A stretch of DNA of 64,000 bases from Marsupella aquatica (taxonomy: Eukaryota; Plantae; Marchantiophyta), in the NCBI GenBank assembly GCA_973895155.1, contig OZ316892.1, positions 17,846,357 to 17,910,356 on the forward strand, in the 5' to 3' direction. The notes beneath the pieces were generated by a model. It was given only the letters and a program-made list of their open reading frames with translations. It did no database searches and was not told the DNA's origin. Made by a program: the position numbers and the translations under genes. Of this stretch, positions 27,874-37,008 are shown one piece after another (the first letter of the stretch is position 1; every line of letters starts with the position of its first letter).

Positions 27874-28102
27874 TTCACGTTAAGGGTGTTTGGAAGCTGT
27901 AAACACTGACCTACTAGATACGGAGTATCCAGCGTGTGTATCGTGACCATTGAAGAATGCATTGACGATCAGGATGGACTGGGAGACGTGAATGTTGCCT
28001 TATATTAGGGCAGACGGGGTCCACCTAAACCTCATTTGCTGACTTCAATTGTTGCCGCTCTGTTTGCTCCTTGATCTCCCAGTGAAGCAACGATTGGTGT
28101 TG

Positions 28103-28262
28103 AGAGCTGCTGCTGGCGTGTGCACTGTAGACGATGCTCTGTGGTCGATGCTCTGTGGTCGATGCTCTGTGGATGATGCTCTGTGGACGATGCTCTGTGC
28201 TCTGCTGCTGGCGTGTGCACTGTTGGTGGTGCTGGCGTGTGTAGCTGCTGGCGTGTGCAGCT
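28103..28262. repeat. Short tandem repeats inside the YR element
   Basis: About 5 copies of GATGCTCTGTGG and about 4 copies of GCTGGCGTGTG. Confidence 0.8.
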
Positions 28263-28345
28263 GTTGTCGACTACAGTAGTTGATTGTGGTGTCAGCTTTC
28301 TGTAAGTACTCAACCTTATTGTATTATTTGTGGCTGTTGTCTCCA

Positions 28346-28585
28346 TGAAGGAATGCGACGACTGCTGTTAGTAAATTTTTTTGTCATCCTTTTTTAATTT
28401 TTGGTTGTTATCTGGACTGAAGGAATGTGACGACGACTGTCAGTTGCCATCCTTTTTTAATTTCTGATCATTTTGACACTGAAGTAATGGGACGACAATT
28501 GTAACTTGCCATCCTTGCTGTATTTATCGTCGTTGTTGTCGTTGTCTTCATTGAAGGAATGAAATAATTTCAACTCGTCATCCGG
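28346..28585. repeat. Degenerate ~60-75-bp tandem repeat upstream of the recombinase ORF
   Basis: Four units of TGAAG[G/T]AATG...G[T/C]CATCC begin at ~28346, 28418, 28480 and 28552. Confidence 0.75.
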
Positions 28586-28682
28586 CTCGCTCTTAACGGA
28601 ATTTCATGCTTGTTGATTGATAAGGTAGTATGATTGTTCTCAATATATTCACGTTGGCAATTATGGACATTCATATCAGGGA

Positions 28683-30688
28683 ATGGCCTCCCCGAGTTTC
28701 AGTATTGGCTTATCGTCCCTCACGACAGAACTTACATCTTCAAAAGGTAAGGAAGTGACGTCTGCGCCCACGTCTGCGACAACGGCAACAACACAGAACG
28801 CTGCCACAAAGTCAAACATTGATGAGCAGACAGATGCGCTCATGGAGACGCTCCACCTTGATCTTGATTCGGTTACTTTAGCTGATGTCAGTCCAAAGTC
28901 CAATCAAGTTTTTGTTAATGTGAAAGGAGGACCGTCATTTGAGTTTCTTGAGGAGGACGAGTCCTTTCAAAAAACCCTTGCCGAGGGTGGAACGAATCCT
29001 TCAGCCCCTGTCGATAAGTGGGCCAGCAATAGACTTCATAAGTTTAGGCTCTTTAAGGGAATGGAGAGGTCTGTCCCTTTTGAAGATCTATTGCCCCAAG
29101 AATGCAGCATGCTTCTTGCGAAGTTTTTTGAGCAGGTGAAGAAGAAAGATGGTCAGTTGTATCCAAGCCAGACCTTAATGGGCTTATTCAGAGCATTTCA
29201 CCGTATGCTATGTCGTAAGCAAGAATCACGTGTACAACAGACAGGTATAGACGAACCAGTTTTCTCTATGCGTACAAGTCCTCTGTTTAAGCAAGTCGGA
29301 ATATCATGTGTGTTGGCCATGGAGCGCTCCCGAAGGCAGGGTGCCAACCTCCCTCGAAAGAAGGCTGCTATAATAACTCTGTCAGATGAGGATACTATAC
29401 TCAGTCATGCTTGTACAAGCGCCTCACATCCTAGAGGATTACAACGTAGAGCTGTCTATTATCTTCTATGTCGGTTTGCAATTCGAGGTGGCAAGGAGCT
29501 GTACAATCTGGAGAAGCAGGAATTTGCTTTCGGAAGTGATGAAGCTCGAGAGTACGTGAGGTATGACGAGCTTCTGTCTAAAAATTATAAGGTTTCCTTG
29601 GATCGCTACCAAGATGAGCATTTCAGGCCAGCAGTTACTGAACATGATCCAGACATGGTGAGCATTTACCAGTCTCGGGTACTTTCTTATTTTATCAATC
29701 CATTGATAATGCAAGGACGCATGCATGGTATTCAACGCTTAGTGTCTCAGCAAAACGGCTAACTGGCTGCATGAAAGAAATTCATGTGGAATGTGGCTTA
29801 TTAACCAATGTTGTGTCCAATAAATCTGGCCGGACTACTTGCATTACACGCATGGCGTCTGAGGGCGTCCCTCCAACGATTGGTATGCGCGTCACTGGCC
29901 ACAAGAGTCAAGGAGCATACAACAGGTATGACAGATCACTAGATGCACAAGTGCGAGCAGCTCAACGATGCGCTGGAGATGGGAGTGCTTACGATTCTAC
30001 TGTGAGGGAGGAGACAGAGTTATTCAAGAACAAGGTTGTTGTAGGGACTAAGGACGATGATGATCTCTCGCCTTCAAAGAAGAGCAAAGGAGAACACGGT
30101 GAAAGCTTTTTCTTCCTTCAGTTGATTTGCCACTGATTTTCTGGTTTTGCAATTTATTTCTCATGAGTCTTTATATGAAGTTAATTGTGCGCTGGATTGT
30201 GAATATGTAGACTTGACTTGCAGCATGTTCTCTGATGCAGTGAAGGCGGAAGTGAAGGAAACTATAATCGATGCAAAGAGCATGTCGTCTGTTGATACAG
30301 TGATGCAGGTAGCTGAATATGAGAACGAAAATTATAAATGATAATTGTATTACGTTTTTGTTGCTGCGTAATACTCATGACTGTGAGTTTAAAATGTAGG
30401 ATGGGCCGACACACTTGAATCGGAGAGTCAGCTCCCACTTATTGATCAGCTCCCTACTCCTGTTTGGTGTGGCAACGATACTGGAGTTGGAGTCCTACTG
30501 CCAAGCATGACTGATTTGAATGCATTGGGTGCTAGTGTGAACTGGAAGACTGGGATGACCTCACAGATTGGGATGCTCCTGGTTCGGGGCCTCAGACTGT
30601 AATCAATCCGGTCTCTGCAGTGTTGGGGCACATTGGTTCGCTCAACAACTGCACCGTCACTATCAGCATTGGGAGGCTGACAAATTGA
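28683..30688 (+). pseudogene. Crypton/DUF3504-type tyrosine recombinase, frameshifted, with predicted 3' introns
   Basis: ORF1 contains LAKFFEQVKKKDGQLYPSQTL, AIRGGKEL (catalytic R) and SKN (K). After a frameshift at ~29665 the frame reads FYQSIDNARTHAWYSTLSVSAKRLTGCMKEI...SNKSGRTTCITRM...MRVTGHKSQGAYNRY ([H/K]xxR, H, Y). Predicted introns are ~30099-30240 and ~30309-30399. A C-terminal LNNCTVTISI motif precedes TGA at 30686-30688, and reaching it needs a second frameshift or different splicing. Confidence 0.82.
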
Positions 30689-31408
30689 GTATCTGAATGA
30701 GCAACGCAGGCCTAATCAACGATATACAATTGCAGCTTAATAGTAAGATTTTCATAGAGTAGTTATCAGTAGTTAGCAAGCTTTAGATAGTGTAGTTGGA
30801 TGCTACTGAGTCATTAGTCATCTATCGGCATGTAGTTAATTTGTGACAGTTTTGCATTCTAGAGTAGAATTTTGGATGAGTATTCAATCATTGTGAGGTT
30901 CGATAGAACTCACTTGCTCGTGACCAGCTTCCAAACATGTTTTGACTCAATTACTTGAATAAAGTTTGGTCCCTGCCGTCGGACTTTCTCCTATTCAATT
31001 GTTTGAATGTGGGCGTGAATGGGCATCTGGGTGGCCGTCTGGGCGCCACTTTCTGGATGTCTGAGCTGGAAAGCTCCCCGCGGATGAGCTGGAGGATGCT
31101 GCCGCGGGTCTGCATACGTAGACCGTATGAAAATACGGTATAATTTAATGGTAAATAATCAAGCCTAAAAATGCTGTCGTGGCAGCAGCCTAAAGCCTCA
31201 AAAACCAAAAAGTCACCCAAACTACCTTAACATGTTGATTTTGGATGTTGATTTTTGGATGCAGGGTACTCCACCTTAGTTAATGGCTTTTCAGGGACTA
31301 CGGTAGTCTTTCTAAGTCTCTTGTGTGGAGGTTACTAACGTTTCTCGTCCTACAAGGTGCTAAAGGAAGTTTTTCAAGTAAGACTACTTCAGCGAACGGT
31401 GGACAGTC

Positions 31409-31776
31409 GTTACGTATAGGGTAATGCAGGTCTGGGCACAGGGTTACTAGGCTATAACCCTGCGTCCGGAATATGAAAAGAAACTGACCGGCTGCAGCTG
31501 GGAAGCTTCTTTGAATATTCTGGGAGCAGGTTACAGCCTATAACCCCAGCCCTGCCCTGCATTAGCGTACGTAACTCCTGCCCGGAAAGAGGTTACCGGC
31601 TCAACTTTTCAGGACACCAGATTATGACTATAGCAGGCCCCTGTAGAAATGGTTACACGTACGTAACTCCTGCCCGGAAAGAGGTTATCGGCTCAACTTT
31701 TCAGGACACCAGATTATGACTATAGCAGGCCCCTGTAGAAATGGTTACACACCGGTAACCTCTTCTCCTGACAGGA
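31409..31776. repeat. Two adjacent long imperfect inverted repeats, the second containing a 92-bp tandem duplication
   Basis: Hairpin 1 (31409-31575): GTTACGTA/TACGTAAC, TAATGCAGG/CCTGCATTA, GAATAT/ATATTC. Hairpin 2: AAGAGGTTACCGG/CCGGTAACCTCTT, TCCTG/CAGGA. Direct repeat 31567-31658 = 31659-31750. Confidence 0.8.
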
Positions 31777-32509
31777 TTTAGGATGCATGCAAGGTTGCTA
31801 GAGGAAGTGTAGAGGTGGGCAGTCAGAATATTTCAGCTCTATCTTTTTGCTGGCGAATGGTGGACACCCACAGTCGCACCAAGGTTGCTAAAGGGAGTTT
31901 GCAGTTGGGCAGTAATAAAATATCAGCTCTAGATTACCCGTTAGCAAACGGTTCAGACAAGCCGTAATGTGTTGTGCTGAATGGTAGGACATGTTCAGAG
32001 CCTAAGTTAAAGCCCCAACTCGTAGGAATGGAATATGCCTACAAACTAAAATTGTTGGCAGCAGAGGAACTAGGCAGACAATCTTGGGCGCAGATCTCGA
32101 TTTGTTGCTTACCATCGGTCTAGATACTAGGAGAACAGCTTTCAAGGTTCAATAGGCATCATAGACTGGCAAAAAATGGGAGTAGGTTCGAGCCTCAACC
32201 TAATATATTCTTTGGTAACTGGTGCTGCTTTACTCTTGTCTTCATGCTTCGTTTGGTCACAAACGACTGGCAATGGCTTGATGCAAAGTGGTGCCTGTAC
32301 GGCCGTGTCTATCCTTTTAACCAGTTGCTTGGGAACGACCTCCTCAGTTCAGCTTCGGTTTATGTAAAAAGCTATTCAAGTGGTGACACAATTTCTTCCG
32401 CAGTTTTCAGTTCCACTAAAAAAATTCTCTTCTAGAGCCAAACACAATGAGCTCATTGCTCTTTACCGTGTTCGAAATGAATGGTCCATTTTCAATGCAG
32501 TTCATGTAC

Positions 32510-33000
32510 GGTACTTTCGCTCTGCTCGGCACTCTGCTCTACGCTTTGGAAAAAGTTCGGCGCACAATGATACAATGCACACGTATCCCGTGTATGTTAC
32601 TTTTCGCTCTTCTCTACCCTTGGGAGAACGATCGTCACACATCGACACAATTCATCCAAGTCTCATGTATATTACTTTTCGCTCTGCTCTGCCCTTGAAG
32701 AACGAGCGTCACACATTGATACAATTCACCCAACCGTGTCTACTTTAAATTTTCGCTCCATTTCCTTGCAGACCACAATCTACAACACACTTTCCCGTAT
32801 TGTCCACTGCTCTTCCCTCGCTTTTTATTCGCACTCTTCAACTATACCCAGATTGCAACACATCTTCATTCTTACGTAAACAAACGCAGATTCTCCCTCA
32901 TGCGGACAAACACATCTATTTCGCTCCCTCGCTTTGTATTCGCGCTCTTCTCTTCCGTAAACAAACGCAGATTCTCCCTCATGCGGGCATACACATCTTT
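32510..33000. repeat. Degenerate tandem repeats (~75-bp x3 and ~80-bp x2)
   Basis: TACTTTTCGCTCT...CACA.AT.GA.ACAAT occurs three times. CGTAAACAAACGCAGATTCTCCCTCATGCGG occurs twice (32876, 32956). Confidence 0.75.
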
Positions 33001-33463
33001 TTCGCATCAAAGTTTCTATCAAAACAGACAGCAGTTGATGTTGAAAAGTAATTTCCAGTGGGCAACGGGAAAACTTCCCAACTAAACAAATCTGTTTGAA
33101 CAATGAACGTAGAAACGGCAAATGTCACTGTCGTTTATTGACTTAAAATGAGAATCATGTGCAAATATCTAGCCAGATAAACTGTGTCGGGTGTACATGT
33201 ATGGCCGAGGCAGCCGCACCTAAACGTAGGTATGTGCAACTGGGCGGTGGGAATTACAATTGCGAAACCAGAATGTTACTACACATGAAATCTACTCGAT
33301 GTGAATATCCCCTGCAGAATGGGGTTCTTCGTGATTCCGCCGTCCGGCACAGCGGAACGCTGTTGATCCACATCATTATGTGGTCGGGTTAAGATGTACA
33401 AGTTCCGCCTAGCGAATTTCCAAGTCCATTTCACCTAGTCACCGAGACATCATCCGTATCAAT

Positions 33464-34508
33464 CTACAAGATTACATACAAGGCGTACAGGATCCCTGGA
33501 ATGTATCCCAAGATGGTGAGCAGTACACAGATCCAAAACTCGATCTGCACATTGACAGGCCAAGTCAAACAGAAGTCAGAGAACTGACGAACATAGACTG
33601 CAGTTCTGAACATCCGAAGTTTTCAAAAAGCAACGTTAATCAAGGGGCAACGTTCTTTCCTATCCTTCAGTCGTATCAAATTCTATAGCTATGAAAGCAA
33701 CTTCGGTAGCAGCAGTGAATCCCGTAGGATGTGTCGCATAGTCTGATACAGAGTATTACCCTGCAACCTTGCCTTCAGCAACATTTGGGGTAGACTACAG
33801 ATAAATAAGTCAGGACTTGCCCAAGGGCGAAGGATCTTCCTACTCGTTCTTTGCACAGTTTGCACGGTTTTACGCATCCCGTAGAGTTTGCATGGTTGTG
33901 CTAGACTTGCTAAAACGTGTAACTGACGGTTTCAGGTGGAGAGTCTTGACATTTCAGATCGAAACTTAGAACTACAGGAACAGATTGGCCAAACTTATCA
34001 CCAACTCACCACTCCCAGAACTACAGGAGCTAATTTGCCAAACTTATCACCCACTCACTACTCCCAGGTGCTCTATGAACTGTACTCTTGTACTCTGGAC
34101 ACCCTCAAAACTAAGTAGGAAACTGACAACACACTCCAACTCCAAACAGGTACTGCTACAAGCCGAGGTTCTACTTCTCGAACAATATCAAATGTCCTCA
34201 ACGGAAAGAGGTTCAAAGCAAGACCTGCGAATCAAAACGAGACCTAGCCTGCGAACCCAACAGCTACACAATTTCTTTCGAGAAGTGCTACGTGACCAGT
34301 CCATGAAAAGCTGTCAAGTCATAACAGAAGCCAAAGCGTATTGCCGAACCCTTAGGACTGCGCTGATGCAACTCTAAGCACAATTGGAGACTGCCAGTCA
34401 CAGAGAGAGGGGAAGGAAAGAACGTACCGCACACCCGTACCGAAAGAACACTCCCAGAGGAGGCAACAAGATGGCGAGGATCACATCCACGAAGGTAGCG
34501 GTACCCAT
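33464..34508 (-). CDS. RCI2: RCI2/LTI6/PMP3-family small hydrophobic plasma-membrane proteolipid (53 aa)
   Basis: Exon 1, 34428-34508: MGTATFVDVILAILLPPLGVFFRYGCA. GT-AG intron. Exon 2, 33464-33544: IEFWICVLLTILGYIPGILYALYVIL*. Canonical ILLPPLGVF and FWICxLLTxLGYxPG motifs. Not in the ORF track because it is short and spliced. Confidence 0.95.
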
Positions 34509-34883
34509 TTTCACGAGCTTCTCTTGAGCTACACAGAACGAGACCGAGCTTAATCGATCAACCCACAAACGAGGAGCTCAACGAAAGCAGCAGAACTGAG
34601 AGACAGTCACTTTGTGTGAGCGCACGACGATTGATTGCTGCACTGCTGTCGAACAAAAAGAGTTGGAGAGCGCTATGACACTGATCGACCTGTGCAGAGA
34701 AATGGGGAGTTCTAAGTACGACCTTCATGCAATTTTGCATGTTGTGTTGTCAGCTTCGCCGGCTCCGATGCAGAGTGCTTTAAGGGACACGTGTCACGAA
34801 CAGCTTTTCTTCCCCGGTCAGGCGGTCAGCATGGTCCCCATGCAACATTATTCCCATTTCCCCCTATTATTTATTACGTATAT

Positions 34884-35235
34884 GTTTATGGTCTCAAGGT
34901 ACTCCTTAATGGAGTATTTGGGCGACCGTATGCCAACCCGCGGGAGCGGAGAGGCATACGGGAGACCAAATATTTCATTAAGGAGTACCACGAGACCCTA
35001 AATATGAGTTAAGAGTCGTGAGCCATCGATCTGACGCGTGAGTTGAATCTTATTGTCCATACTCGAATTAGGGATCAGCATGACCCGCGGCGTGACCTCC
35101 TGTCAGATCAATCGGCCGCGTGTTTGGTGTACAAATACATCAAAAAATACGGTTTAAAATAATGAGATGTAAAGTTGACTAGGTGGCAAGCTCTGATAAG
35201 GGAAGAGCAATAAAAATCATCTAACGACCCTTAAC
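34884..35235 (+). mobile_element. ~350-bp non-autonomous relative of the YR element (hairpin module plus TIR-bounded mini-body)
   Basis: Hairpin 34884-35002 is homologous to 27747-27873. The body TIR GTTAAGAGTCGTGAG (35008-35022) matches the reverse complement of 35221-35235, GTTAAGGGTCGTTAG, at 13/15. It has the same subterminal CCCGCGG...GCCGCG...AAAATACGG...CCTTAAC order as 31077-31231. Confidence 0.72.
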
Positions 35236-36521
35236 GTTCACATTTTGTCGCGCGGGTCTATTTATATTTTAGGCGGGTGCCACTTATTATGGCTAGACGA
35301 AACATCCATTTGGCAAAAACTTGATCATATTGGGCGTCTCAAAGCTAGGACTGAAAGTTCTGGATTTATGATACACCTTGTAACTCTTGTTATGACACCC
35401 AGTTAATGATTTCAAAAATGAAGAATTTTAAAAATGGAGGGAGATAATGCCCAATTAAGGATTTTTTAAATGAAGGAATTTTTAAATGTTGACCCTCTTT
35501 ATAAGGCAGGGTTATGGCTCACTTCAGTCACTTAGTTATCTCCCTTTTCTCCCATTCCCAGGTGCCTTGAATCCCAACTTCAGGGAGTTTCTGGATTTTG
35601 GGACCTCTAGATTTATGCCAAACATAACAGAAAATTTGTTGGGGTTATTGCATGGCATTGAGCCCACATTCTTTTCCTTAATGTAGCTATAGATTGGCTC
35701 CCACAATTTTTATGGGAGTCACATAACTCAAGAGTTATGAGAAGGCATTGTGGAAGGCATTGTAGTGGTGTGGCCAAGCTTTGAGATGTCCTGTGATGAC
35801 AGTTGGATTTATACACAGCCACATCTCTAAAGTTATATTTTTGAAACATACTCACTAAAACTTTTTAAACCTTGTTTGTATCATTTGCAAGCCCCTTCAG
35901 CTTGAAGCAAATGTGAGGAAATTGCATAAGAAGGAAACACATGAAATTTCACTTTGGTATTTCCCTTTCGTGTTCTGTATGGTTTTTGATTCTCGTCTTT
36001 CTAGTCTGTGCATTGCTAGCAGGTTTTAGAGAGCATAATGTCCACTTGGGAAAATTTAGGTACTTTTATATAGAAGAATGCAGAGTCCAGATTTGGATCG
36101 GGCATAATAAGATTTCTCCTCTGTTTCCATTAAAAATATTAAAAATAAGAATTCTCATAGGCCTTTAAGTGTAGTGACGCCTGTGAGGACATTCCTTGCT
36201 TTAAAATACTTCTGGAATTTATCATTTCTACTTTACAATGTAGCCTAGTGGTGATTAGGTTTGCTCCAAAAATAATCACAAAGAAAAAAATGGTACCCAA
36301 TGCACAAATGTGACTTCCCAAATATAACATACTCATCCTGGAACATGAAAAGTTATTTTGTCCTCTAGCAAAAAGTTTAAGTTTTTTAGTGAAATATAGG
36401 TGATCTGTTTTTTTGTGGTAAATATAAATAGGACATTGATTAGGAAGTGTGACATTGAAAAGTTGTGCACATACGATACAAAAATAAAAATACACATGTT
36501 AAGAAAAGTAATAATGAACAG

Positions 36522-37008
36522 TAAAAATTTAAGTCTATGGTATTGGGTTCTGCACATACTATACACCAATAAAGATACTTATGTACTTATCTTAGGTAAT
36601 GGCACTCAAATGAATTAAAGCCATAAATTTAGGACACAAAACCATGAGTAGAATTTAAAGACATGAGGAGTGCACATTATTTAAATCATTTCTTCTTCAC
36701 TAAGGGCTAGAACTTCCGTGAGCTTTGTTAAAGGGTGGATGATCAAAAATATAGCAAAGATTGAAAAATTTAGAGGTCTATGGTATTGGGTTCTGCACAT
36801 GCTATACACCAGGCTTTATACTTATGTACTTATCTTAGGTAATGAATTAAAACCATAAATTTAGGACACAAAACCATGAGTAGAATTTAAAGACATGAGA
36901 AGTGCACATTAATTAAATCATTTCTTCTTCACTAAGGGCTAGAACTTCCATGAGCTTTGTTAAAGGGTGGATGATCAAAAGTATAGCAAAGATTGAAAAA
37001 TTTAGAGG
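36522..37008. repeat. ~245-bp tandem duplication within an AT-rich repeat
   Basis: GTCTATGGTATTGGGTTCTGCACAT...CACTAAGGGCTAGAACTTCC...GATTGAAAAATTTAGAGG occurs twice. The downstream flank (37035-37130) resembles 49190-49280. Confidence 0.85.

Larger units (their letters stand above)
27747..31231 (+). mobile_element. Crypton-like tyrosine-recombinase DNA element (~3.5 kb) with a left hairpin module and a TIR-bounded body
   Basis: Starts GTTAAGGTAG (27747) and ends CTACCTTAAC (31231). The body TIR GTTAAGGGTGTTTGG (27879-27893) matches the reverse complement of 31217-31231, GTTAAGGTAGTTTGG, at 13/15. The element encodes a YR-family protein. Confidence 0.75.

Noticed and set aside
28346-28585. 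CRISPR-like repeat/spacer appearance (also 32510-32760 and 43304-43885)
   Set aside because: The units are degenerate along their whole length, the 'spacers' are mutually similar, there are no cas genes and the context is eukaryotic.
29658-29672. GTGAG...CAG micro-intron that might repair the recombinase frameshift
   Set aside because: It is only 15 nt, too short for a plant intron, and a multiple of three, so the frame would not be restored.
28683-30136. Bacterial or phage integrase contamination, or a DIRS retroelement
   Set aside because: The motifs are DUF3504/Crypton-like, introns are predicted, the flanks are continuous with plant genes, and no RT, RNase H or gag is seen.
27748-31230. 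piggyBac or Kolobok assignment from the TTAA flanks, or pogo/Tc2 from AAAATACGGTA
   Set aside because: No DDE transposase is encoded. Symmetry extends outside TTAA (GTTAA/TTAAC), which fits recombinase arms better than a TSD. Mobilisation by a DDE enzyme in trans cannot be fully excluded.
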